Positions 1 to 9,005 of a DNA stretch of 64,000 bases are shown one piece after another. The first letter of the stretch is position 1. The number at the start of each line of letters is the position of its first letter. The position numbers and the translations under genes were made by a program. The stretch is taken from the NCBI GenBank assembly GCA_005881825.1, contig VBEO01000071.1, forward strand, positions 1,021 to 65,020, given 5' to 3'. The stretch comes from Chloroflexota bacterium. Its GTDB lineage: Bacteria > Chloroflexota > Dormibacteria > Dormibacterales > Dormibacteraceae. The notes under the pieces are model-generated. The model saw only the letters and a program-made list of their open reading frames with translations. It was not told the origin of the DNA and searched no databases.

Positions 1-21
1 CATGGTCCGCATCATGTTCGC

Positions 22-420
22 ATGGTCGAAAACTTCAACCCGCCCGCCCTGGGGCCCGCCGTCGGCTTCTCACACGCCAGCCGCGCTGGAGGGTTCGTCT
101 TTCTGGGTGGCCAGGTCGGCAGTGACGAGACTGGCCACATCGCCGAGCCGGGCGATATCGCGCAGCAGTTCGCCCGCGCCATCCGCAACGTGGGCACCGC
201 CCTGGAAGCCGCCGGGTCAACTCCCGGACAGGCCGTGAAGCTCACCTATTACGTCACCGACGTAACGGCTTACCGGCGCGGCCTGAAGGCGATCGGCGCC
301 GCCTACCGCGAGGTTTTCGGCAAGCACTTCCCGGCCACCAGTCTGTTCGGTGTCAAGGAGCTTTTCGATCCCGACGCACTGGTGGAGATCGAGTGCGTAG
401 CGCTGGTCGGAGGCGCTTAA
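22..420 (+). CDS. RidA/YjgF/TdcF-family protein (reactive enamine/imine deaminase-like)
   Basis: 132-aa ORF with a YjgF/RidA-type core: GGFVFLGGQVG, VKLTYYVTD, FPATSLFGVKELFDPDALVEIECVA. Confidence 0.85.
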   Translation: MVENFNPPALGPAVGFSHASRAGGFVFLGGQVGSDETGHIAEPGDIAQQFARAIRNVGTALEAAGSTPGQAVKLTYYVTDVTAYRRGLKAIGAAYREVFGKHFPATSLFGVKELFDPDALVEIECVALVGGA

Positions 421-478
421 CAACAACTCACTCCGGAAGCCGGAACCGGGGCTCGGCCCTGCCTAGCCTTGCACGCCG

Positions 479-799
479 GTGGCGCATCGCGTTTGGCTTG
501 GCTGGCCCATGCTCCTGGCCCTGGCCCAGGTGTCGGACGTGGCCAGCACCTGGCTCAGCCTGAAGTCCGGGGCGCCCGAGCAGAACCCGGTCGTGCGCGC
601 GGTCCTCGACCACGGCGACTTCCTGGCCTTCCTGGCCGTGAAGCTGGCGCTGGTCGCCGCGCTCCTGATCCTGGTGATCGCCACCAGTCGCCACCTGCGC
701 GTGCACCGCGTGGCCTGGTTCGCGGTTCAGGGCTTGGCCGTGGCCTTCATGGCGGTGGCGGCGCTCAACACGCTGGGCGTCGTCCTGGCGGTGGCGTAG
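479..799 (+). CDS. small integral membrane protein (DUF5658-like)
   Basis: 106-aa ORF with three hydrophobic helices (LGWPMLLALAQV, FLAFLAVKLALVAALLILVIA, VAWFAVQGLAVAFMAVAAL). The family name is from memory only. Confidence 0.45.
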   Translation: MAHRVWLGWPMLLALAQVSDVASTWLSLKSGAPEQNPVVRAVLDHGDFLAFLAVKLALVAALLILVIATSRHLRVHRVAWFAVQGLAVAFMAVAALNTLGVVLAVA

Positions 800-838
800 G
801 GGCGAGGCTCGCCTCGCCCGGGAGGGCAAGCCCCTCCC
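800..838. terminator. two tandem GC hairpins between convergent genes
   Basis: gggcgagg-ctcg-cctcgccc (800-819) and gggaggg-caagc-ccctccc (820-838). They fill the gap between the TAG of the + gene (797-799) and the stop of the - gene (839-841). No U tract. Confidence 0.45.
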
Positions 839-1660
839 CTACAGCCCCAGCGTCAAGCGCGCCAACCGGTCCTTGACCTCGCTGGGCACCAGGCTGTCGT
901 AAAGGGCGATCGCCCGCGCGTCGTTTCCGACCAGGTAGCGCACGTGGGGCCGCTTGGCGGTCAGCGCCTTGACCACCACCTTGGCCACGTCCTCGGGGCG
1001 CCCCATGAGGCCGCGGCCGAAATTGATCCCGGAGCGGGCCCGCTCGTAAGCCGCCTCGTAGTTGGAATCCGCGCGGGAGTCGGTCTCGGCGTGCCACTGG
1101 TCCCAGATCCCGGTGTCGAACCCGCCCGGCTCGACCAGGATCACCTTCACGCCGAAGCCGGCGGTCTCCACTCGCAGCGCGTCGGACAGCGCTTCCAGGG
1201 CGTGCTTGCAGGCCTGGTACCAGCCGGTCAGCGGCGTGGTCGCCAGTCCGTAGATCGAGCTCATGTTCACGATCCGGCCCTCGCCGCGCTCCCGCATCCG
1301 GGGCAGGGCCAGGCGGGCCAGGCGCATGGGCGCCAGGACCATGGTTTCGAAGGCCGCTCGCGCCTCCTCGTCGCCCACGTCTTCGACGGCACCGGAGGCC
1401 GGATAACCGGCGTTGTTGACCACCGCCCAGGGCTTCAGTCGGCCTACCACCCGGCGGCAGGCGGCCTCGTCGCGTACGTCCAGGAGCACCGTCCGCACTT
1501 CGACGCCCGCCGCCTCGGCGGCATCGCGGACCCGGCGGGCCTTGGCCGCCGAGCGCACGCTGCCCACCGAATCGAAGCCGGCGCGCGCCAGCGCGATGGC
1601 CGTAGCCAGTCCCAGGCCGGAATTGGCGCCCGTGGTGAGGACGAGTCCTTGTCCGGCCAT
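839..1660 (-). CDS. short-chain dehydrogenase/reductase (classical SDR)
   Basis: TGANSGLG (TGxxxGxG), NNAG and S...YQACK (YxxxK) motifs. ATG 1660 is preferred to the track start at 1699 because it puts the Rossmann motif about 10 aa from the N-terminus. Confidence 0.9.
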   Translation of the reverse strand: MAGQGLVLTTGANSGLGLATAIALARAGFDSVGSVRSAAKARRVRDAAEAAGVEVRTVLLDVRDEAACRRVVGRLKPWAVVNNAGYPASGAVEDVGDEEARAAFETMVLAPMRLARLALPRMRERGEGRIVNMSSIYGLATTPLTGWYQACKHALEALSDALRVETAGFGVKVILVEPGGFDTGIWDQWHAETDSRADSNYEAAYERARSGINFGRGLMGRPEDVAKVVVKALTAKRPHVRYLVGNDARAIALYDSLVPSEVKDRLARLTLGL

Positions 1661-2564
1661 GGGTACAGTCTTGATCGTGGAGAGCCTCACCGTCGACATC
1701 GACGGCCCGGTCCACTACGCCTCGTACGGCGGCCAGGGCGACCCTGTTGTGCTGATCCACGGCCTGGGAGGCTCGCACCTCAACTGGATGGCGGTCGGCG
1801 ACCGGCTGGCGATCCGGCATCGCGTCTACGCGCCCGACCTGCGCGGCTTCGGCCTCACCCCGATGCGGCTCGGCCAGCGAGCCACATTGGACGCGAACCA
1901 GGCCTTGGTCGAGGGCTTCCTGGAGCGGGTCGTGCAAAGCCCCGCGACCCTGGTGGGCAACTCCATGGGCGGCCGCCTCGCTCTCCAGGTGGCGGCCCAC
2001 CGCCCGGAGCTGGTGCGCCGCCTGGTGCTGGTCGACCCGGCCGCTCCCAATCCGACACTGGGCGGCGTCGACGGCTTGGTCATCGTCTTCTTCGCGGCCT
2101 TGCTGGCGCCCATGGCCGAGCCGTACCTGGGCCGGCGCTCGCGGCGGATGGGCGCCGAGAAGATCGTTCGCGCCACCCTGGCGGTCTGCTGCGAGGATCC
2201 CAGCCGGGTCCCGCCGCACATCTTCCAGGCGCACATGGAGCTCACCGAACGCCGGATGCGCGAGATGCCCTGGAGCGATCGGGCGCTGGTCCAGGCCGCG
2301 CGCTCTCTGCTCAAGCTGACCTTCCGGCGCCAGGCCTACAACCGGATCCTGCCGCGCGTCCAGGCGCCGACCCTGATCGTCCATGGCGCTCGCGACCGCC
2401 TGGTGCCCGTGGCCGCGGCTCAGGAGCTGGTGCGGCTGCGGCCGGACTGGAACCTGGAGGTGCTGGACGGCGTCGGCCACGTGCCGATGCTGGAGACGCC
2501 CGACCGCTTCCTACTCGCGATCAACCGCTATCTGGAGGTTTCGGCCGAGCAAAAGGCGGGTTAG
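1659..2564 (+). CDS. alpha/beta-fold hydrolase
   Basis: HGLGGS, GNSMGG nucleophile elbow and C-terminal GHVPMLE. In-frame ATG at 1659 inside track ORF 1413..2564. Confidence 0.85.
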   Translation: MGTVLIVESLTVDIDGPVHYASYGGQGDPVVLIHGLGGSHLNWMAVGDRLAIRHRVYAPDLRGFGLTPMRLGQRATLDANQALVEGFLERVVQSPATLVGNSMGGRLALQVAAHRPELVRRLVLVDPAAPNPTLGGVDGLVIVFFAALLAPMAEPYLGRRSRRMGAEKIVRATLAVCCEDPSRVPPHIFQAHMELTERRMREMPWSDRALVQAARSLLKLTFRRQAYNRILPRVQAPTLIVHGARDRLVPVAAAQELVRLRPDWNLEVLDGVGHVPMLETPDRFLLAINRYLEVSAEQKAG

Positions 2565-2593
2565 GGGGGTTCCCCGCAAAATCGCCAGATTTT

Positions 2594-3442
2594 GTGGGGT
2601 CCTTTAAAGTAGCCGCAGGCTCAAAAGCAGCCCACGTCGTGGCAACCGTCCCCAAACCGTCCAAACCGGAGCCCCAGGCCCGGCGCGCCGCGGGCGCGCT
2701 GGTAAGGGGCATTCCCTCCCTCCTCTACGCCGGGCGCCTCTTCTCGCCCCCGCCGATCTGGCGCGAGGGCCGCATCGCCGCCGAGTACCTGGCGCTGGTC
2801 CGCAACCCCGTCTACGTCGGTAAGGACGTGCCCCACGGCGACGGCCGTCCGGTGCTCCTGGTGCCCGGATTCCTGGCCGGCGATGCCTCGCTGTCGGTGC
2901 TGGCTGACTGGCTGCGCCGGATGGGCTACTACGCCGAGGCGCCCGGCATCTCCTTCAATGTCAAGTACTCGGAGGTCGTCATGAAGGCGCTCACCGTGCG
3001 CCTGGTCGACGTCTACGGTTGGAAGGGCCGGCGGGTGACTGTGGTCGGCCACAGCCGGGGCGGGATCCTGGCCAAGGTGCTCTCGCACCGCCACCCGGAA
3101 ATGGTGGAGCAGGTGGTGACGCTGGGCTCGCCGCTGGCCGATCCCTACGACGTCCACCCGGTGACCATGGCCGGGGTCCGGGTCGCGCAGGCCTGGAACT
3201 TCGTCCGCTATGGGCGCACCGCCGACATCGAGCGCCGTTTCCTGCGCGACCTGGCGGCCGAGCCCAAGGTGCCCGTCACCTCGATCTACAGCCGCAGCGA
3301 CGGCATCGTGCACTGGGCGGCCTGTCTGCGGCCCGACGTGCGCGCCGTGGAAGTGCACGGCAGCCACGTCGGGCTGGGGTTGAACCCCGAGGTGTACAAG
3401 GTGCTGGCCCGGCTCCTGCCCTGGCCGGCCCGGACCTCCTAG
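2594..3442 (+). CDS. alpha/beta-fold hydrolase, lipase-like
   Basis: C-terminal third of track ORF 944..3442: PVLLVPGF, GHSRGG nucleophile elbow, SRSDGIV, GSHVGL. The start (GTG 2594) is a guess. Confidence 0.7.
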   Translation: MGSFKVAAGSKAAHVVATVPKPSKPEPQARRAAGALVRGIPSLLYAGRLFSPPPIWREGRIAAEYLALVRNPVYVGKDVPHGDGRPVLLVPGFLAGDASLSVLADWLRRMGYYAEAPGISFNVKYSEVVMKALTVRLVDVYGWKGRRVTVVGHSRGGILAKVLSHRHPEMVEQVVTLGSPLADPYDVHPVTMAGVRVAQAWNFVRYGRTADIERRFLRDLAAEPKVPVTSIYSRSDGIVHWAACLRPDVRAVEVHGSHVGLGLNPEVYKVLARLLPWPARTS

Positions 3443-3449
3443 CTCGGGC

Positions 3450-4529
3450 TCAGGCGAGCAGGCGCCGCGCGATGACCAGGCTCTGGGCCTCGTTGGTCCC
3501 GTCCTGGATCTGGGCCATCTTGGTGCAGGCCAGGTGGCGAGCCAGGGGATGGTGGTCGCGAAGGCCTTCGGCGCCCATGGCCTGGATGCAGGTCGCCAGG
3601 TGCCGCTGCGCCGCGGCGGGAGCGAACTTCTTGGCCTGGGCCGCAGCGACCGTGGCGTCTCGCCCGGCATCGATGGCCGCCGCCGCCGTGTAGGTCAGGC
3701 CGCGGGCGGCTTCCAGGTCCGTAGCAGCTTCGGCCAGGGCCCACTGCAGGGCCTGGAACTCGGCTAGGGGACGGCCGAAGGCGCGCCGCTGCTTCACGTG
3801 CGCGACTGCGATCTCGAGGCCGCGGCCGAGCATGCCGCAGCACATGGCGGCCACGATCGCGCGCGCCGAGTCGATGCTCCGCAGGGCCGCCTTGAAGCCG
3901 TCGCCGGGCGGGATCAGGAGCCTTGCCTCGCAGTTTTCGAAGTGAATGTCGGACAGACCCATGGCGTGTCCGGCCGTCAGCCCGTAGGGCGGGCCGGCGG
4001 CCAGGCCCGGCTGCGGGCCCCGGACGTCGAAGCAGGCGATGCCGCGGTGGCCCGAGCCCACCTCGGTCTGGGCGTAGAGCTGGAAGACGGAGGCGGCGAC
4101 GCCGTTGGTGATCCAGGCCTTGACGCCGTCCACCCGCCAGCCGTCGCCGTCGCTGCGGCCGGCCGTGGTGATGGCGGCCGCGTCGGTGCCCGCGCCGGGC
4201 TCGGTGAGGCAGAAGGCGCCGACCTCGTCGCCGCGCAGCACGGGCTCTGGATCGCGGCCGTGGCGGGCCAGGACGCCGGCGGCGCCCGCGTGGCAGGCCA
4301 GGGCGAACGTGAAGGCGTAATCGGCCGCGGCGAGCTCCTCGAAGACTTCGCAGGCCTCCACCAGCAGGTGGCCGGGAAGCCGCACCTCGGCCAGCCCGGC
4401 CGCGCCCGCCGCCCGCAGCGCCTCCTTGGGGAACGTCCGCTCGCGCTCCCAAAAGGCCGCGTGGGGTTCGACTTCGCGTGCGGCAAAGTCGCGGGCAGCC
4501 TCGTTCAGCCGCGCGCCCCCGCCATCCAC
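3450..4529 (-). CDS. acyl-CoA dehydrogenase
   Basis: Last 359 codons of track ORF 3450..6539: CLTEPGAGTDA, WRVDGVKAWITNG, QIQDGTNEAQSLVIARRLL. The GTG 4529 start is provisional. Confidence 0.85.
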   Translation of the reverse strand: MDGGGARLNEAARDFAAREVEPHAAFWERERTFPKEALRAAGAAGLAEVRLPGHLLVEACEVFEELAAADYAFTFALACHAGAAGVLARHGRDPEPVLRGDEVGAFCLTEPGAGTDAAAITTAGRSDGDGWRVDGVKAWITNGVAASVFQLYAQTEVGSGHRGIACFDVRGPQPGLAAGPPYGLTAGHAMGLSDIHFENCEARLLIPPGDGFKAALRSIDSARAIVAAMCCGMLGRGLEIAVAHVKQRRAFGRPLAEFQALQWALAEAATDLEAARGLTYTAAAAIDAGRDATVAAAQAKKFAPAAAQRHLATCIQAMGAEGLRDHHPLARHLACTKMAQIQDGTNEAQSLVIARRLLA

Positions 4530-5269
4530 TGGGTCCAGCTGATGCGCCCGAAGCGGTTGTCCGGGCAGGTGGCGCCGCCCTTGCCCAGGGCTCGCGAGAC
4601 CCGGCCCGGGAAGGGGAGGGCGACCAGCGGCCTGTGCACTGCGTGGGCCGCCTTCCACGCCTGCGCCAGCAGCTCGCTGGTGGTTACCTCGGGCCCGCCA
4701 AACTCGGGCAGCATGCCCCGGGCTCCGGTCAGCACGCACTCCATGACCTTGGCCGCGACCTCGCCGGAGTCGACCGGCTGCAGCCGCCAGCCCTTGGGCA
4801 CCACCATCACCGGCACCTCGGCGCGATCCCGAAGCAGGATGTCGATGTAGCTGAAGAACTGGGTGGCGCGCAGGATGGTCCAGGGAACGGCCCCGGCCTG
4901 GACGGCCTTTTCGGCCGCCAGCTTGGCCTTGTAGTAGGCGTAGGGCACGCGGTCGACGCCGACGATCGAGACGTAGACCAGGTGGGGCACGCTCGCCCGG
5001 CGCGCCATCTCGACCAGGCCCTGGGTGCCCAGCACATCGACTTTCTGAGTCTCGGCGCGCGGCGAGCTGGCCAGGTGCACCACGCACTCCGCGCCGGCCA
5101 CGGCCTCCGCCACACCGGCCCCGGTAAGGAGGTCGCCGGTGATCGAGCCCGCACCCACGACCTTGCGTCCGGAGTGGGTCATGACCCGGACCTGGTGACC
5201 GGCTGCGGCCAGGCGGGGAACCAGGCGCGCGCCAAGCAGACCGGTGCCCCCGGTGACGAGAACCTTCAT
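4505..5269 (-). CDS. NAD(P)H-binding NmrA-like / atypical SDR protein
   Basis: MKVLVTGGTGLLG Rossmann start at ATG 5269, inside track ORF 4505..5611. Confidence 0.8.
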   Translation of the reverse strand: MKVLVTGGTGLLGARLVPRLAAAGHQVRVMTHSGRKVVGAGSITGDLLTGAGVAEAVAGAECVVHLASSPRAETQKVDVLGTQGLVEMARRASVPHLVYVSIVGVDRVPYAYYKAKLAAEKAVQAGAVPWTILRATQFFSYIDILLRDRAEVPVMVVPKGWRLQPVDSGEVAAKVMECVLTGARGMLPEFGGPEVTTSELLAQAWKAAHAVHRPLVALPFPGRVSRALGKGGATCPDNRFGRISWTQWMAGARG

Positions 5270-5294
5270 ACCAAGGCGTAACCATAATTCGGGG

Positions 5295-6854
5295 GTGAAC
5301 TGGCGCCCAGAGCTCGAGGAGCTGCGACGCCGGGAGGAGCTGGCCCGGCGTATGGGCGGCGAGGAACGCGTCCGCCGCCAGCACGAGGCCGGGCGCATGA
5401 CCGTCCGCGAGCGCATCGAGCGCCTGCTGGATCCCGGGACTTTCGATGAGATCGGCGCGCTGGCGGGCTTCGGGCAGTACGCCACCGACGGCTCCCTGGA
5501 CGCCTTCACCCCCGCCAACCTGGTGGCGGGCACCGGCCGCATCGAAGGCCGCCACGTGGTCGTCTGCGGCGATGACTTCACGGTCCGGGGCGGCGCCGCC
5601 GACGCCAGCATCCACGAGAAGCAGGTCTATGCCGAACGCATGGCCAATGAGCTGCGGCTGCCGCTGGTGCGGCTGGTCGACGGCACCGGCGGCGGCGGCT
5701 CGGTCAAGTCCTACGAGAAGATCGGCCGGACCTACGTGCCGGCCAACCCGGGCTGGGACCTGGTCGTCGACAACCTGGGCAAGGTGCCGGTGGTCGCCGC
5801 CTGCTTGGGCCCCGTGGCCGGGCTGGGCGCGGCCCGCGTGGTCTCCGCCCATTTCTCGGTCATGGTCCGCGAGCTGGCGCAGCTGTTCGTGGCCGGGCCG
5901 CCCGTGGTCGCGGCCGGCATGGGCCGGACGGTCACCAAGGAGGAGCTCGGCGGCTGGGAGATCCACACCCGCCAGTCGGGGGCCGTGGACAACCTGGCCG
6001 AGACCGAGGCGGAGGCGCTGGACCTGTGCCGGCGCTTTCTCGGGTACTTGCCGGCCAATGTGTGGCAGCTGCCCCCTGTCTGCGCCTTCGAGGGCCCGGT
6101 GGCGCCCGTGGAGGAGCTGCGCGAGATCGTGCCCCGCTCCCGGCGCCAGCCCTACGACGTGCGCCGCATCCTCGGCCTGGTTTTCGACGCGGGCTCGGTT
6201 TTCGAGATCGCCCCCGGCTACGGCCGCTCCTGCGTCACCGCGCTGGCGCGTTTGGGCGGCCGCCCGGTGGCGGTCCTGGCCTCCGATCCCAAGGTCTACG
6301 GCGGCGGGCTCACGGCGGCTGCGGCCGACAAGATGGCGCGCTGGGTGGACACGGCCGACACCTTCCATCTGCCGGTCGTGAACATCGTGGATCAGCCCGG
6401 CTTCGTGATCGGGGTCGAGGCCGAGCAGGCCGGCACCATCCGGCGCGGAGCCCGCGCCCTGGCCGCGGCCTACCAGGCCACCGTGCCCTGGGTGTCGGTG
6501 ATCGTGCGCAAGGTCTTCGGGGTGGCCGGGGCCGGACACGGCAACGCGCAGGCGCTCAACTACCGCTTCGCCTGGCCCTCGGCCGATTGGGGTTCGCTGC
6601 CGGTTGAGGGCGGCCTGGAGGCTGCCTACCGGCGGGAGCTGGAGGCCAGCCCCGACCCGGAGACGTTGAAGGCGGAGATCCTGGCCCGCCTGGATGCCGT
6701 GCGCTCGCCCTTCCGGACGGCCGAGTCCTTCAACATCGAGCGCATCATCGACCCGGCCGAGACCCGGGTCCGGCTGGTCGACTGGGCCGAGCTGGCGTAC
6801 GAGGTGCTGGCCACCCGGCCGCTAGGCCCCCGCGGCCGCCCCATGCGTCCGTAA
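5295..6854 (+). CDS. acyl-CoA carboxylase carboxyltransferase (beta) subunit, PccB/AccD-like
   Basis: Two carboxyltransferase halves (GTGRIEGRHVVVCGDDFTVRGG; LTAAAADKMARWVDTADTFHLPVVNIVDQPGF). GTG 5295 lies in frame in track ORF 5244..6854. Confidence 0.85.
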   Translation: MNWRPELEELRRREELARRMGGEERVRRQHEAGRMTVRERIERLLDPGTFDEIGALAGFGQYATDGSLDAFTPANLVAGTGRIEGRHVVVCGDDFTVRGGAADASIHEKQVYAERMANELRLPLVRLVDGTGGGGSVKSYEKIGRTYVPANPGWDLVVDNLGKVPVVAACLGPVAGLGAARVVSAHFSVMVRELAQLFVAGPPVVAAGMGRTVTKEELGGWEIHTRQSGAVDNLAETEAEALDLCRRFLGYLPANVWQLPPVCAFEGPVAPVEELREIVPRSRRQPYDVRRILGLVFDAGSVFEIAPGYGRSCVTALARLGGRPVAVLASDPKVYGGGLTAAAADKMARWVDTADTFHLPVVNIVDQPGFVIGVEAEQAGTIRRGARALAAAYQATVPWVSVIVRKVFGVAGAGHGNAQALNYRFAWPSADWGSLPVEGGLEAAYRRELEASPDPETLKAEILARLDAVRSPFRTAESFNIERIIDPAETRVRLVDWAELAYEVLATRPLGPRGRPMRP

Positions 6855-6860
6855 GAAGGA

Positions 6861-6922
6861 GCCGAGCGCCGGCGCCGGAACTGTTTTCGAGCGAAAAATC
6901 AGTGCGAGCGCCGGCGCTCGGC
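6861..6922. terminator. long inverted repeat between convergent stops
   Basis: Perfect 15-bp arms gccgagcgccggcgc (6861-6875) and gcgccggcgctcggc (6908-6922) around an A/T-richer 32-nt spacer. Confidence 0.45.
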
Positions 6923-6926
6923 GGAT

Positions 6927-8930
6927 TCAGCTGGCGCTGACGACGACCGGCTTCTGCTTGAAGTTGGACAGCCACTCCATCAGCGCGGGACCGGGGAGCG
7001 GCCGGCTCACGAAGTAGCCCTGGGCGAGGTCGACGCCGTGCTCGCGCAGGAGCTCCCAGGTTTCCCGGTCCTCCACCCCCTCGGCCAGCACCACCAGGCC
7101 CAGGTTGTGGCCCAGGTCGCAGGTCGAACGCACGATCACGCCCGAGCTGGGGTCGGTGGTCATCTCGCTGACGAAGCTCTTGTCGATCTTCAGCTCGCCG
7201 ACCGGCAGGCGCCGGAGGTGGGCCAGAGAGGAGTACCCGATGCCGAAGTCGTCGATCGCGACCGAGACGCCCATCTCGATCATCGACTCCAGCAGGTGCA
7301 TGGCGACCTCGGGATCGGTCATCAGGGTGGTCTCGGTGATCTCCAGCTGGAGCATTCGACCGGGTAGCTCGTGCCGGCGCAGCAGCTCGTCGATCAGCCT
7401 GGGCAAGCCCGCATCATGCAGGTTGCGGCCGGACAGGTTGACCGCCACCGGTAGGTCCCAGCCGGCGGCACGCCAGCGCGCGCACTCGGCGATCGCCCGC
7501 TGCAGCACCCAGCGCGCCAGGGGCTTGATCTGGCCGGTCTCCTCGGCCAGCGGGATGAATCGATCGGGCGGCAGCAGGCCGAGGGAGGGGTGCTCCCAGC
7601 GCACCAGCGCCTCGATGGCCACCGGCCGGCCGCTGCCGATCGCGGCCTTGGGCTGGAAGTGGAGGACGAGCTGGTCCTTGTCCATCGCGGCCGGCATCTG
7701 CGAGGCCAGGGCCAGGCGCAGCGGCAGGCCGGCGCCCGCGTCCGCGGAGTAGACGGCGAACCCGGTGCCGGAGCGCTTGGCCTCGTACATGGCGATGTCG
7801 GCGAGGCGGGTGAGCGTGCTCACGTCGTCGCCGTGAGCCGGGTACATGGCCGCGCCGATGCTGAGGTCGACGCGCAGCTCGGTGGCCTCGATCACGAAGG
7901 GCTGGGCCAGGGCGTCGACCAGCTTGGCCGCCATCCGCTCCACGGTGCGGCCCTCACCGGCCGCGGGCAGGATCACCGCGAACTCGTCGCCGCCCAGGCG
8001 GGCCACGGTGTCGGAGTCGCGCAGGCACTCGCGCAGGCGGTTGGCGGTTTCCTGGAGCAGGAGGTCGCCGATGTGGTGGCCGAGGGTGTCGTTGATCTCC
8101 TTGAAGCGGTCGATGTCCATGATCAGCAGCGAGAGGCTCTCGCGGTCGCGCTGGGCGGTGAGCAGGGCCTGGCGCAGGCGGTCGCCCAGCAGCGTGCGGT
8201 TGGGCAGCCCGGTGAGCGGGTCGTGGAGGGCCATGTGCTCGAGGGCCGCCTCCTGGACCTTGCGCACGGTGATGTTCTCGACGGTGGCGATGGAGTGGGC
8301 GCCCTCACCGGAGCCGTGGGCCTTGACCACGCCCACGGCCACCCAGGCCTCGCTGCCGTCGCGACGGGTGTAGCGGATCTCGCGGTGCACCCGGCGGCGG
8401 GAATCGCGGGCCATGGCCCGCAGGCCGCTGCCGAGCATGCCGGCATCCTCGTCGAGCAGCGTGAGCAGCGCCGGGTTGCCCTGCTCCAGGCGCCCGTCGG
8501 CCTGGTAGCGGCCAACGCCGATGCTGGTGTTTTCGAAGATCAACTGGAGGCCCTCGCGGTCCTGCTCCATGCGCTGGCCGAGGTCGCGCAGGCGGCCCAC
8601 GACCAGGCCGACGGCGACCAGCCCGACCAGCATCGGGATGCCCTCGGGGGTGACCAGGATGGCCGCCCCTGCGTGCCCCGCCAACATCAGGGTGACGGCG
8701 CCGCCGAAGTAGGCGAGCAGCGCGACCACCGCGCCCGGCACGGCGCCCAGCGTGATCCCCGCCACCACGACCGGCAGAACTGCCAGCACCGCGGTGCCGG
8801 GGCCGAGCGCCGCCCACAGGGGGGCCAGCAGGCCGAGGTAACCCAGGTAGCAGCCTCCGGTCACGCCGAGGCGCCAGCTGACCGGAACCTCGCGCGTGCG
8901 ACCGACCACGTCCAGGCCGCTAGTCGTCAA
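6927..8930 (-). CDS. membrane-anchored PAS-GGDEF-EAL cyclic-di-GMP turnover protein
   Basis: N-terminal hydrophobic segments, then a GGDEF block (RLGGDEFAV) and EAL blocks (EALVRWEHP, DDFGIGYSSL). TTG start. Confidence 0.9.
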   Translation of the reverse strand: MTTSGLDVVGRTREVPVSWRLGVTGGCYLGYLGLLAPLWAALGPGTAVLAVLPVVVAGITLGAVPGAVVALLAYFGGAVTLMLAGHAGAAILVTPEGIPMLVGLVAVGLVVGRLRDLGQRMEQDREGLQLIFENTSIGVGRYQADGRLEQGNPALLTLLDEDAGMLGSGLRAMARDSRRRVHREIRYTRRDGSEAWVAVGVVKAHGSGEGAHSIATVENITVRKVQEAALEHMALHDPLTGLPNRTLLGDRLRQALLTAQRDRESLSLLIMDIDRFKEINDTLGHHIGDLLLQETANRLRECLRDSDTVARLGGDEFAVILPAAGEGRTVERMAAKLVDALAQPFVIEATELRVDLSIGAAMYPAHGDDVSTLTRLADIAMYEAKRSGTGFAVYSADAGAGLPLRLALASQMPAAMDKDQLVLHFQPKAAIGSGRPVAIEALVRWEHPSLGLLPPDRFIPLAEETGQIKPLARWVLQRAIAECARWRAAGWDLPVAVNLSGRNLHDAGLPRLIDELLRRHELPGRMLQLEITETTLMTDPEVAMHLLESMIEMGVSVAIDDFGIGYSSLAHLRRLPVGELKIDKSFVSEMTTDPSSGVIVRSTCDLGHNLGLVVLAEGVEDRETWELLREHGVDLAQGYFVSRPLPGPALMEWLSNFKQKPVVVSAS

Positions 8931-9005
8931 TAACTCTCTCCTGTGGCCATCCGGGCCTGGGCGATTTTAGGTCGGGACGCCCCCGTTAAGCTCCCGCCAA
9001 GGCCC

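Noticed and set aside
765-2480. Very long ORFs antisense to or out of frame with recognisable genes. Examples: 765..2480(-), 10617..12227(-), 13443..16760(+), 25827..28055(-), 25862..27700(+), 38246..39670(-), 41263..42990(-), 46887..48785(+), 46990..48591(-).
   Set aside because: Their translations are Arg/Pro/Gly/Ala-rich with no motifs. They shadow ORFs with clear family signatures. This is the typical GC-rich shadow-ORF artefact.
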